Shown: positions 18,933 to 29,236, counted from the stretch's first letter. The stretch is 64,000 nt of DNA from an uncultured Thermoprotei archaeon (GCA_965367815.1 CBDUKN010000016.1:1-64000), one strand, 5' to 3'. A program made the numbers and translations. The notes: generated by a model not told the origin, from the sequence alone.

Positions 18933-21900
18933 TTAATTTAATTTGAGTTGCTCTAAGTAGCTATAGATTTTCTTTGCTCTCTCTATATCTTTTGAGAGTT
19001 TGTCAATATATGTTTCCAGAGCGGAGGCTAGTTCCTCAAGTTTACTACTATAAGTTGTGTAGAAAGAATATTTTGCCTTCTCTAATTCAGCCAATATACA
19101 GGGATCTTCAAGTCTGGGATATAATTTGTTGAGTTCGTTGAACAGTTTACTAGTTTCTTTATACGCTTCTTCGGAAGAAATTTCTCCTCTACTAGCCTTC
19201 TTAAATATTTTATCTGCTTTCTCAATAATGTTGTATGCTTTTTCAGAGAGTTCCAGGGCTTCGTCTTCTGAGCCTGCTTCTGCTAAATACCTGTACCACT
19301 GTAACTTTAAGTTAAATTCTCTCTCCTTTTTAATTAAAGTTTTCAAATACTCTTCAGCACTATCTGCTATTTCAACAGATACCTCGCCTATAGTGTCTAT
19401 GAGAGAAATTGTCTCTCTAGACATAGTCTCCATAAACTTAGAGTACATTGCATCTCCTAATGATACAGCAGCAGCTATCGCGCTTATAAACTTGCCAGCA
19501 CCAAGACTGAGTACAGTTAATACTATTGAGGCAACGAATTTGATATTGTCGCAAATGGATTTCACCTTTTTCTTGTAGTGGCACTCTTCAATAAAGCGCT
19601 CCATATTGCTCTCTGCACTTTTAGCTATACCTTCAGCTACTTTCTTTTCTTCGATAACTCTCTCGTATATTTCCTTAAGTCTTTCTTTTTGCCGTATAAG
19701 TTTTTCGAGGGGGTCTTCACCATCTACTTCGATTAAAACGCTGTCTGTTATAGATCCGTCTACACCTTGAATACCGCTATCATAGATTTCACATTTGAGT
19801 AAAATGAAGCACGGTTCTTTGGGAGCTATGTAAGCTATACTCTGTCCACACTTAGTTACAAGGAATCCTCCAGAATCATTTGACTCTAGAGACTTTGCTT
19901 CCCAGTAGAAGCCTACCCAGTCTTTGAAGTGAAGTATAGTTGAAGTAGATTTGCTTTTCCCTCTACACCATACTTTAAGTACATCAACGTCCTCTCCCTC
20001 AGCCTTAAATACAGTAAGTTGTTGAGGCTTAAGCTTAAATAGAGTTAGGCAAGTTCTACCCTCTTTGACAAGGTCTTTAACCTTTTGAAGAATATTTATC
20101 TTGTTTTCAACAGTCTTTAATCTATCTTTTAGGAATAAGTAGTCCTTGTACTTTCTTTTGAAATCATGGTATATGTATGAAAGATCTTTAATACTTTCAT
20201 ATTGGAGCAGCTTATTTAGGAGACTGAAATACTTTTCTTTAAAATCACTTACTGTATGTAGTTTCTTTTTAAACTCTCTAAGACTATATGCCAAAATTAA
20301 TACTAGTGGAGCATCAAAGTGAGACACTCTATGCTTCAGACGCTCTATTTCCTCTAGGAGATAGTCTACTGCTTCTTCTACATCTTCTCTGTTCTGGGGA
20401 TCAATTATTTTTCTATATTTCTCTAACTCATTAAGTCTGTAAAGTAAAGTCTTTTTCTCATAATCAAGTTCGCTTAGCCGCTTGTCAATGTATCTTAAAG
20501 AGTCCTTTTGGCTTAATTTAATAGGATTAACTATTTTTCCTTCAATAGGAGTATATGGATCCCACTTAGCAAAAGGTTCACATTCTCTAGATACCTTCAT
20601 GTCTCTATAGCATGCTTCTATACTACTTAGAAGAGACTCAAGTTCTTTCAGCTTCCTCTTCTCTTCTTGGGGTAGCTTACTTAGAGCTTCTTCTATTCGC
20701 TTTTTCCGCCACTCAGGTTTAGCACACTTACTTAAAACTTGCATTACTTTTTCATAAATTCTAAGTAACCCTCTAAGAGAGTTTACTAAGTCTTGAATCT
20801 CTTTCCATATTTTAGGAGACTCTTTAACCCAATCATTGTAATTAAGTGCTAGTAAGTACTGGATCTTATTCTTTAACTGATCTCTCACGTACTCCCAGAC
20901 ATCGCCTAATATTCCTTCAAAAAACTCTTCAGATACATCTACTTTTACTCCAGCTCTTTTAGCACATTCTAAAAAGTCTCTGTAATCTCTTATCCCAAGT
21001 TGTTCTAAATAATATTTTGTTTCTCTAGCAAGCTTTCCTAGACTATTTAAGAGAGGCTGTATTTTTTCAATATATATTTCTATAGCCCTATCTTTTGCAT
21101 TAGTATATGACTTAGGTTCCTTCTCTTTAGTAAACTTCACTTTATCCTTATATCCTGCGCACTTAGCTCCTAGATCTCTTACTCTCAAAGGATCAATTAT
21201 ACTGATTTCTATAACTTTCCTATAAGGCTTAGAGTCCAGTTCTTCTACCTTATTTTCCTTATCATCTACTACAAGCTCTATTTTAGCTTTCTCTAATACC
21301 CAGCGACTAATATTAGAGCTGGGCGGTGGTGCAACATAGATTACAGAAGGTCCCTCTGCTTCATTTGAGTGTATATGAGGAGCTCCTGCAGGAGAAATAA
21401 AGTATCCGGGGCCCTCCAGTATTCTCCACTTATAAACACAGTTCTGGGGTAAAGGCACTTCCTTTATTGCTAGTTCACCGGACTTAGGACATGGTCTACA
21501 AGTGACTATAAGGCTATCTACATTTTTCGCAGTAGCTACTAAGGGGAGAGGTCCTCCTGCCGGAGCTACTATCATTCTGCCCAAAAACACTTCTACGACT
21601 TTTTGTGAAGAGTAATGGTATGTTGCACATATTGGCTTCGATGAAGGGTAGTCTACTGCTATAAAGCCTCTCTTGTAACTCCAGCAGAGACAGCAAGATT
21701 TTTCTCTTTTCTTCCAGAAGTATATTACTCCTCCAAGACCCCCTATTGTTACTATTATTAAGCCTATTGCTGTGTACTCCGTCTCAGAGACTACTTTAAT
21801 TTGTACACTTGTATCTTCTTGTGGGTTTATTTCTTTCTCATATTTTATACCTTTGTGCTCTACTACTATTTTATGATTTCCTTTAGGCAAATATATTTCT

Positions 21901-23321
21901 TTAACTCCACTAATTTTTATTTTCTTTTCCGTACCGTTATTAAACTTTATTATGACTACGGCGTCTTTAATAGGCTGATTAAAGTAGTTTTTAAGATCTA
22001 TTTTAACCTTATATATACTACAAGGAACTTCGTGTTTCCCGGGCTCGCTTACTTCAAATTTATATTCCTCTGGTGGAGTAATATCACTTCCCTTCCAGAA
22101 AACTTTCACAATAGTGTAGTTGCCTTCATCAAGCCACACAAAGGGCTCCGTAATCTTGAGTTCTTCTCCAGTCTCTTTCTTTAAAATAACGTAGTCAGGT
22201 TTAATTACTATTCTTTTGCCGATATCAGTAAAACTAAAAGATACTTTATACTGCTTAACCCACTTCGCGTAAATAGTTTTAGGAGAATCCATTACTATTT
22301 TTACTTGAGGATTCTTAGACTCAATGCTTCCTGTCCAGCCAGAGAAAAGTAGTCTAGTATTTTTGTCTAAAAGTACTTGAGGAACTATATTTACTTCAGC
22401 TACAGTGCTTTTAGTATACCATCCTTCGCCAGTAGGCTGACCATATTTTGAGACTACCTTAAGGTAGTATTGATGAACATAAATGGGCTTAATTAAGGTG
22501 TCTTTACTCACTCTAATAGTTCTGGCTTCTTTTGTGTATCCATCGGCCCACTTAGTGAACATTAATCGAGTACCCTGAGAGACTTCAATAGTCTTCGGTA
22601 CTTCAATTTCATGTACGCCTTCACTTAACTTAACTACTCCTCTTCTGTATTTTTTCCCATCTATTATTATCCAAGAGTTTTCAGGAATATCTAATGTTAC
22701 ACTATATTCTTTCGGAAAACTATAGCATGAGACTCCTTTATCTGGAGCAAGATCTCCAATAGTAGTTTTAACAAGTACTTCTCCAATAAGTTGAGAAATA
22801 TCATGTTCGACGAAAACTTTAAAACAAATTTTATCTTCTACTTTAATTTCATTTAAGGGTATGGTTATTTCAATAAATTTTTCTGAATACTTAATACTGT
22901 ATAAGGCTTCTGTACCTACTTTAGTCCAGCCATATTTCCACATGCTTTTAGCAAACTTCCACTTCTTTTCATACGAGCTAAAGTACACTGAATACATAGT
23001 GTCTCCGGGAGTCAAGTAATCTTTACAGTTATTGTCGGAAATTCCGTCGGAGTCTAGTGAAATAGTGTAGCTCAAGTAGTTTCCAGGATTACTGGGTATT
23101 GGTCCATTTAAATGTATTTTAAAGGTAAGAAAATTTTCAGTTCTTTTTACTTCTATTGCAACTATATCTACGTATCCCTTGTATGTAGATGCTTTGCTTA
23201 GAGTGTAGGGATTTACTAGGTCTTTTGTTGAGTCCTTTAGAGTAAATGGTGTTTGAGCTTGTAGAAGTGCTGTAAAAATTATTAAAAGGAGTATTATTAG
23301 TGGATATACATACTTATTCAT
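18933..23321 (-). CDS. 1462-aa single-pass membrane protein: extracellular beta-sandwich/repeat stalk and large Cys-containing cytoplasmic region with coiled coils
   Basis: Signal peptide; DOMON/CBM9-like N-domain; QYYLKVVSKYGQPTGEGWY and F.GW.G repeats; TM at about 21713-21770 followed by KKR; about 920 aa after the TM. Confidence 0.75.
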   Translation of the reverse strand: MNKYVYPLIILLLIIFTALLQAQTPFTLKDSTKDLVNPYTLSKASTYKGYVDIVAIEVKRTENFLTFKIHLNGPIPSNPGNYLSYTISLDSDGISDNNCKDYLTPGDTMYSVYFSSYEKKWKFAKSMWKYGWTKVGTEALYSIKYSEKFIEITIPLNEIKVEDKICFKVFVEHDISQLIGEVLVKTTIGDLAPDKGVSCYSFPKEYSVTLDIPENSWIIIDGKKYRRGVVKLSEGVHEIEVPKTIEVSQGTRLMFTKWADGYTKEARTIRVSKDTLIKPIYVHQYYLKVVSKYGQPTGEGWYTKSTVAEVNIVPQVLLDKNTRLLFSGWTGSIESKNPQVKIVMDSPKTIYAKWVKQYKVSFSFTDIGKRIVIKPDYVILKKETGEELKITEPFVWLDEGNYTIVKVFWKGSDITPPEEYKFEVSEPGKHEVPCSIYKVKIDLKNYFNQPIKDAVVIIKFNNGTEKKIKISGVKEIYLPKGNHKIVVEHKGIKYEKEINPQEDTSVQIKVVSETEYTAIGLIIVTIGGLGGVIYFWKKREKSCCLCWSYKRGFIAVDYPSSKPICATYHYSSQKVVEVFLGRMIVAPAGGPLPLVATAKNVDSLIVTCRPCPKSGELAIKEVPLPQNCVYKWRILEGPGYFISPAGAPHIHSNEAEGPSVIYVAPPPSSNISRWVLEKAKIELVVDDKENKVEELDSKPYRKVIEISIIDPLRVRDLGAKCAGYKDKVKFTKEKEPKSYTNAKDRAIEIYIEKIQPLLNSLGKLARETKYYLEQLGIRDYRDFLECAKRAGVKVDVSEEFFEGILGDVWEYVRDQLKNKIQYLLALNYNDWVKESPKIWKEIQDLVNSLRGLLRIYEKVMQVLSKCAKPEWRKKRIEEALSKLPQEEKRKLKELESLLSSIEACYRDMKVSRECEPFAKWDPYTPIEGKIVNPIKLSQKDSLRYIDKRLSELDYEKKTLLYRLNELEKYRKIIDPQNREDVEEAVDYLLEEIERLKHRVSHFDAPLVLILAYSLREFKKKLHTVSDFKEKYFSLLNKLLQYESIKDLSYIYHDFKRKYKDYLFLKDRLKTVENKINILQKVKDLVKEGRTCLTLFKLKPQQLTVFKAEGEDVDVLKVWCRGKSKSTSTILHFKDWVGFYWEAKSLESNDSGGFLVTKCGQSIAYIAPKEPCFILLKCEIYDSGIQGVDGSITDSVLIEVDGEDPLEKLIRQKERLKEIYERVIEEKKVAEGIAKSAESNMERFIEECHYKKKVKSICDNIKFVASIVLTVLSLGAGKFISAIAAAVSLGDAMYSKFMETMSRETISLIDTIGEVSVEIADSAEEYLKTLIKKEREFNLKLQWYRYLAEAGSEDEALELSEKAYNIIEKADKIFKKASRGEISSEEAYKETSKLFNELNKLYPRLEDPCILAELEKAKYSFYTTYSSKLEELASALETYIDKLSKDIERAKKIYSYLEQLKLN

Positions 23322-23543
23322 ATTTAATCAACTCGTTGATTCAATAGCGTCTAGTAATCTTATAAATTTTTCTTTCTGCTTAGCTAGAATTATAAATGTA
23401 GCTTTACTTAAATATAGCTACTTTTTCTCGATTAACAGGTAGTCTTGCTTTAGCAAATATTTCTATTTATTGAGATTTATAGAAATATCTCTCATATTTT
23501 TATTCAAAAAGCTTAATTAAGAGTTTAAGTAAGGCTAGAGTAA

Positions 23544-23996
23544 ATGGGTAAGAAAAAGTGTCCTCTCTGCGGTAAAGAGTATCCTGTGTTTGCTAAAGTA
23601 TGTCCTTTGGTTCACTGCCCTAACTGTGGTTCAACAGAATTAAGCGAAATTAATATTAATGTTGTGGTTGAGGCTGGGAAAAGAGTTGTCGCTTTTATAG
23701 TTTTTATTGCTGCAGCATACTTGACGTTTTCTTTCTTAAGTATGTTTAAAAGCGAGTTTTTGGCTGATATTTTGGACTTAGTTAAAGCATTCTCTTACTT
23801 AGCCGTAATAATGTACGTTTTCCACATGATAGACTGGATATTTAGAGTAAGTAAGGGAGTGTTCTCACAGTACACTTGTCTTAACTGTAGATATGTTTTT
23901 AAGAAGCCTAAAGTAAACGTGCCGCTTGTAGAAGTTGAGGAAAAAGAGGAAACAAAACTATATTCTTCTGATGAAGATACTTTAGTTTACAGCTAA
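23544..23996 (+). CDS. Zinc-ribbon membrane protein (2 TM) with acidic tail
   Basis: CPLCG, CP..HCPNCG, two TM helices, CLNCRY, tail EEETKLYSSDEDTLVYS. Confidence 0.7.
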   Translation: MGKKKCPLCGKEYPVFAKVCPLVHCPNCGSTELSEININVVVEAGKRVVAFIVFIAAAYLTFSFLSMFKSEFLADILDLVKAFSYLAVIMYVFHMIDWIFRVSKGVFSQYTCLNCRYVFKKPKVNVPLVEVEEKEETKLYSSDEDTLVYS

Positions 23997-24199
23997 ATAT
24001 TGAAGTGTAAGTGGTATTCTATCGACAGAGTATACACGTTTACTGTTTTCTGCTCTTTTTCTTTGAGTACAATGTATTTTTCTAAACATCATTTGCAAAA
24101 CTGGTTTAAAAAATCGTTGTCGCTATTAAGTTCCATTTGATGCTGTTTAGTAAAAATAGCTATTTTACCTAATTATGTACACAGCAGAGTCTACTTTAG

Positions 24200-24547
24200 T
24201 TAAACACTAGATTTCAATATATTCTCGATGATATCGCGGAGTCTACCCTTATAGCCTTCAAGAACTTTTATACCAAAAGACTCGAAAAAGAGCTTTGCTC
24301 TAGGACCTATTCTATCCACTATGACTACTTCTACTTCTTTCTCTTTCAAAAATTTAGGAAGAACTCCAGGTGAATGCTCTTTAAAAGGATTTTCGACAAC
24401 TTCTATGTGAGAAACTTTGTTGTTTTCTGTTTCAATTAAAGCGAAGTACTTTGCTCTACCGAAATGCTCTTCAATAGTGCTCTCTAAGCCAGATTTATCT
24501 TTTATAGGAGCAGCTATTTTTGTCACATTTTTTGTGCTATAGCACAA
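24200..24547 (-). CDS. NifB/NifX-family protein
   Basis: KIAAP...HFGRAKYF...VENP...IGPRA...GIKV motifs. Confidence 0.9.
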   Translation of the reverse strand: MCYSTKNVTKIAAPIKDKSGLESTIEEHFGRAKYFALIETENNKVSHIEVVENPFKEHSPGVLPKFLKEKEVEVVIVDRIGPRAKLFFESFGIKVLEGYKGRLRDIIENILKSSV

Positions 24548-24578
24548 AATATATATTTTTCTACGAAAAACTCAATTC

Positions 24579-25145
24579 ATGAAAGCTCTCGGTATATGTG
24601 GAAGCCCGAGGCGCGAAGGGAATACTAAATATCTTCTAAAACTTGCTCTCGAGGAGTTAGAGAAGTTAGGCGTAGAAACTAAAGAAGTATTTTTAGCTGA
24701 ATATGAAATCAAGCCATGTACTAGCTGCCGCTACTGCGTTAGTCATGAATACTGCTGTATTGACGACGATATGTCTAACGTTATTATACCTGAGCTTCTT
24801 TCTTCACAAATACTAATTGTAGCTAGCCCAGTATACTTCAATAACGTCAGTAGCTACGTTAAAGTATTTATTGATAGAACTTGGTGTCTCCGAGGCAAAC
24901 TCAAGAACAAAATAGGAGGAGGTATTGTAGTAGGCAGAGGCTACGGTCTCGAGTCAGCGCTCACCGCAATACACTCATTTATGCTCAAACACGAAATGAT
25001 TCTATGTCACCGAGGAGTACCAGCTACAGCTTTTGAAAAAGGAGAAATAATTCACAACAAAAGAGCCATAAATGATGTAAAAAAGCTCGCTAAAAGACTA
25101 TACGAGGTAGCTAGCATAATTTTCTTGAAAACTGAGCAACAATAG
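24579..25145 (+). CDS. Iron-sulfur flavoprotein (Isf / multimeric flavodoxin family)
   Basis: GSPRREGNT, CxxCxxC..CCIDDDM, ASPVYF, KVFIDR. Confidence 0.9.
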   Translation: MKALGICGSPRREGNTKYLLKLALEELEKLGVETKEVFLAEYEIKPCTSCRYCVSHEYCCIDDDMSNVIIPELLSSQILIVASPVYFNNVSSYVKVFIDRTWCLRGKLKNKIGGGIVVGRGYGLESALTAIHSFMLKHEMILCHRGVPATAFEKGEIIHNKRAINDVKKLAKRLYEVASIIFLKTEQQ

Positions 25146-25243
25146 TTAATTGACTTTATTTGCATTTTCGTAGACTTTAAATAAGTCTTCTCTTTTCATA
25201 AACCTAATATTTTCTTCATGCTTTTTCTTTGATCTACTATTAT

Positions 25244-25357
25244 CTACTTAATTAACTTATCGTAGTCAGTAATAAATACTAAATTATTCTCAATAGCTAC
25301 TACTATGTACTGTGAACCTTTCAACACAGCCAAGGAGCTATTAAATAATAATTTCAT
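25244..25357 (-). pseudogene. Internally deleted VapC relic
   Basis: MKLLFNSS joined to SQYIVVAIENNLVFITDYDKL; ATG overlaps the antitoxin stop. Confidence 0.55.
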
Positions 25358-25593
25358 TTTTCTTCTCTGCTCATGCGAATAACTTTAACAAGCTCAGAGG
25401 AAGGTATTTCTTTTAAAATTTCTTGTACTTTCTTTAAAGTCTCCTTAATTTCTTCCTCTTCTCTTTTCCTAACTTTTTCTTCTAAAACTCTTTTAATAAT
25501 CCTATTAATGGAAAATGAAATATTGTACTTCTTAAGCTTTAAGTAAAGACCTCTATTAATCTTAGCGGACACTGGTGTATAAATCACTAGCAT
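25354..25593 (-). CDS. RHH/CcdA-like antitoxin (VapB)
   Basis: PVSAKI...KLKKYNI...IIKRVLEEKVR and C-terminal VKVIRMSRE typical of archaeal VapB. Confidence 0.7.
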   Translation of the reverse strand: MLVIYTPVSAKINRGLYLKLKKYNISFSINRIIKRVLEEKVRKREEEEIKETLKKVQEILKEIPSSELVKVIRMSREEK

Positions 25594-25854
25594 TACTTAC
25601 TACTACAAGTAATACATATTGCTTACTATTGTGGAAATAATGTAAGGAGTTTTCGAAATATAACAGGTGTTACTTACTATTACCTATTTTCTCTAAATAC
25701 TTGATATTCTATTTGTAATAGCTAAGTTTCAATATTTATCTGCTAAGAATAGATTAAGCAAATTCATTTCATTATTTATACTCATTTATAGGAAAGAGAA
25801 TATTTTTAAAAAAAGAATAGGTAAAGCATATATACTCAGTGCTAAGAGAGATAT

Positions 25855-27135
25855 TTGATGAAATGGGGGAAAATTAGGTCTAGGAAACCAGTATACATAG
25901 CATTGTTCTTCATGATAATCATTACCTTAATGCCTTTCATTATTTCATCAGAGCCAGAAAATATACTCTATATGCTTTTCTTAGATTGGCTACAAGGAAA
26001 GCCAAGCGGATTAATTAAATTACATTTAAACATTCCAGAAAAAGGAGTGTACTATGTTCTCATTATAAATTATACGAAAGTACCAGGCAAAATAATTTAT
26101 TCATCTCGACATATAAATCCTGCTACAATAACTTTTAAAGTATGGAGAATTCCTAAGAGAGTAGACCATATTAACGGAAAAACTGTAGTCAGATATTTTG
26201 AACAAACATACTATATTTTCGTAAGAACACGCGACAAAATATACTCAAAAGTAGTAATTATAGAGCCAGAAAAACCAATAACAGTCATTAATGTAAAGCC
26301 GGAATTTGTTAGAAAAGCACCCCCTGTTACACTTTCAAGTAATCCTACTTCATACCATATGGGTACAACATACAATTATCAAAATGTAATAATAGGAGAG
26401 TATCACTCGATTCAAGGAATAAGTGTTTCATGGGGCTTTACTAGCGGAGACGAATACAGAAAGATAAAAATAGAGTTCTATGAAAGAGGAGCATCAATAA
26501 CAGGAGAAGACTACTTAGCTTACAAGCGAGGAGAATATAATTTAAATAAACTTCCTTGGTCAAGGCCAAGTTCGCCAGGGAAATATCTTACAGAAATTGG
26601 ACGTATTGGCTGGACTGCTAGCGTTTCTGGAGGGACATGTGCTAAGGTAAAGGGTCGAGTAAAATACTGTTACGATATGTTCTGTACTGAATATCCAGAT
26701 GACTTGACAGCAGATTTCATATTGACAATGGTGCCCGTGAAGCTTACAGGATATTGGAAGGATGGAACATTTTCTTGCAGTAAATGTGGAAGAAGAGCTC
26801 CATCCAGTTATGCTGGTATCATAGAGTCAGGAAATAGAGAAGGAATTATCGTTCTGGGATCAGGAGGGGGATATAGGTCGTGGAGTACTTCCTTGAAATT
26901 TACTATAGGGATAACTATAAAGTGTCCGACGCAATATTCAGGTACTACGGTATCAATAGGTTTTACGTTTACATACACTGTTTCTAGCTCTAATGTATAT
27001 TGTGAGGCTAAGCCGAAGATACACGTTGTAAAGAGTTCAGATTATGTGAATAAAGATCTCTACTATTGGTTTGAAGGAAGTCCTTCTGCTAACTCAGAGG
27101 TAGTTCACTTCTCTTGGACGCCTCCTAGTTCTTAA
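25855..27135 (+). CDS. Secreted or anchored hypothetical protein with a Cys-containing beta-rich C-terminal domain
   Basis: N-terminal hydrophobic segment; Ser/Thr/Gly/Tyr-rich C-terminal half with an alternating-pattern segment. Confidence 0.7.
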   Translation: MMKWGKIRSRKPVYIALFFMIIITLMPFIISSEPENILYMLFLDWLQGKPSGLIKLHLNIPEKGVYYVLIINYTKVPGKIIYSSRHINPATITFKVWRIPKRVDHINGKTVVRYFEQTYYIFVRTRDKIYSKVVIIEPEKPITVINVKPEFVRKAPPVTLSSNPTSYHMGTTYNYQNVIIGEYHSIQGISVSWGFTSGDEYRKIKIEFYERGASITGEDYLAYKRGEYNLNKLPWSRPSSPGKYLTEIGRIGWTASVSGGTCAKVKGRVKYCYDMFCTEYPDDLTADFILTMVPVKLTGYWKDGTFSCSKCGRRAPSSYAGIIESGNREGIIVLGSGGGYRSWSTSLKFTIGITIKCPTQYSGTTVSIGFTFTYTVSSSNVYCEAKPKIHVVKSSDYVNKDLYYWFEGSPSANSEVVHFSWTPPSS

Positions 27136-27231
27136 GGCGATTAAGGTGTTGACATTTAAATGTTTTATGCTTTTTTACACTATTCTTGTGAAAAGAAATT
27201 TTTCCTTTGAATTGAAAAAAGTAGTTTTTTA

Positions 27232-28488
27232 TTGACTAGTGTAGCGTATAGAGCTAGTGAGAAAATGAGTGTGGTTACTGTAGAAGAGAAGTTGGCTATG
27301 GAGGGCGGTGAGCCTGTTATTAAGAAAAAGCTGCCTCCGTGTTTTCCTGGTGCGCTTTTTATAGATGAGAAAGAAGAGAAGTCTGTTTTAGAGGTTCTTA
27401 GGAGTAAGTCTCTTTTCCGCTACTATGGGCCAAATCCGCTATTTAAGGTAGAGAAATTCGAGAAAGCTTTCGCTAAGTATATTGGCCGTAAGTACTGTTT
27501 GGGCGTTACATCGGGCTCTGCTTCGCTTTACGTAGCCTACAAGGCGGCTGGAATCGGGCAGGGAGATAGAGTGCTTGTTCCAGGGTACACGTGGATAGCT
27601 ACTCCGCAGGTAGCTGTGTGCTGTGGAGCAAAAGTAGTCGTAGTCGATATAGATGAGTCGCTTAACATGTCTCCTGAAGCACTAAGCGAAGTGTTGAGCG
27701 AAGAAGATAAGCTGGTTGTTCCAGTACACATGAGAGGTGCTCCAGCAGACATAGAGGAGATTGTGAAAATAGCTAAAGAAAAAGGTGTTCCTGTAATCGA
27801 GGACGTGGCTCAAGCATGTGGAGGAAGCTTTAAGGGAAAGAAGCTTGGCTCCTGGGGAGACATGGGCTGCTATAGCTTCCAGCAAAACAAAAACATCACT
27901 GCAGGCGAGGGAGGAGCAGTAGTCACAGACAACGAAGAGCTCTATAAGAGGGCAGTAGCTTTTCACGATGTCGCTGCCTACTACAGGAAACCTGGCTATA
28001 TTCCGCCGATACCTGGATTAAACTTCAGAATGTCTGAGTTAACAGCAGCTGTTCTAATAGAGCAGCTAAAGAAACTAGACGACATTGTCGCGAGAATGAA
28101 GAGAGCGCAGAAAATTATTAGAGAAGCAGTCGAAGAATGTAGTGGCCTCGAGCTCAGGAAATTGGTCGACGAGAAAGGAGATACAGGCGTATGCGCAGTA
28201 TTCTTCCACAAAACAGACGAAAAAGCAAGACTTTTCACCAAGGCACTTAGAGCAGAAGGAGTTCCCGCAGGAGTACTCTATTCTCCTGAAGCAAAATACG
28301 AGGGACACGCATGGATAAACTGGAAGCCTCTCATAGGCGACTACATGATAGTACCCAAAGGCATGGGAGAGAAAACACTAGACTTGCTCAGCAGAGCAGT
28401 ACACATAAGTATATCGCCGCTGTACACAGAAGAGGACGCAGAGCTCATAGGAAAAGCAATAAAGAAAGTCTACAAGAAAATACACTAA
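27232..28488 (+). CDS. DegT/DnrJ/EryC1/StrS PLP aminotransferase
   Basis: TSGSASL, PVHMRG, EDVAQACG, SFQQNKNITAGEGG (PLP Lys), NFRMSE. Confidence 0.92.
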   Translation: MTSVAYRASEKMSVVTVEEKLAMEGGEPVIKKKLPPCFPGALFIDEKEEKSVLEVLRSKSLFRYYGPNPLFKVEKFEKAFAKYIGRKYCLGVTSGSASLYVAYKAAGIGQGDRVLVPGYTWIATPQVAVCCGAKVVVVDIDESLNMSPEALSEVLSEEDKLVVPVHMRGAPADIEEIVKIAKEKGVPVIEDVAQACGGSFKGKKLGSWGDMGCYSFQQNKNITAGEGGAVVTDNEELYKRAVAFHDVAAYYRKPGYIPPIPGLNFRMSELTAAVLIEQLKKLDDIVARMKRAQKIIREAVEECSGLELRKLVDEKGDTGVCAVFFHKTDEKARLFTKALRAEGVPAGVLYSPEAKYEGHAWINWKPLIGDYMIVPKGMGEKTLDLLSRAVHISISPLYTEEDAELIGKAIKKVYKKIH

Positions 28489-28750
28489 AAGAGATAATCT
28501 ATATAACCTAAGTTTTCCTAGAAAATATAGTGTTCTCCAAAACAAACACAAACAAAAATCTAAAAGCAACTAAGTTCAAAAAGCTGAGCATTATTCTAGT
28601 AGACTAATTTAAACAATTACCGTTATTTTAGCAACGACGACCTTATTTTCTTTTAAACTTTAATCAAGTAATTCTATTTTTGCCTTATGACTATATCTTA
28701 TGGAAAAAGAGAGAGAAAGAAATATATTCTAGCAACAAAAAGATAATTTC

Positions 28751-29233
28751 GTGGGTTTCCTGAAAGAAGAAGAAATAAAAAAGATAATATTACTAAGTTT
28801 AACTATAGTGTTATTAGTATATGGAGGAGGACTTATGGCTATTCGAGCAGAAGAAGAACATATCGCGGAATCTAACGACTGGAATGCTTACGTTAAGGAA
28901 AATCCCCATAGACAAGCTGTTGTAGTATCTGAGCTTATAGGTTTCTATTATGACTATGAAACATATTTTCATAAAATACAAATACACGGAGAAGGAAAAT
29001 GCGGGCCGTCTGAGTACATTGAGCCAGCAGGAAACTTAATTCTCGAATATTGGTTTGTGGGGTATGAAGGAGGTATTGAGCATGATGTAATAGAAGTAGA
29101 CGAGGATAGCTATACTCAGTCTTTTCCAGGTAAATATGTAGACTCGAAATTAGAAGTCAGCAGAGGATTCATAGATTGGTGTACTCATGAGACTGTGTGG
29201 CTAGAAGCACTCACGAGGCTGAAGTATCCCTAG
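28751..29233 (+). CDS. Secreted acidic hypothetical protein
   Basis: Signal peptide, Glu/Asp-rich mature part with two Cys, ends KYP. Confidence 0.7.
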   Translation: MGFLKEEEIKKIILLSLTIVLLVYGGGLMAIRAEEEHIAESNDWNAYVKENPHRQAVVVSELIGFYYDYETYFHKIQIHGEGKCGPSEYIEPAGNLILEYWFVGYEGGIEHDVIEVDEDSYTQSFPGKYVDSKLEVSRGFIDWCTHETVWLEALTRLKYP

Positions 29234-29236
29234 ATA

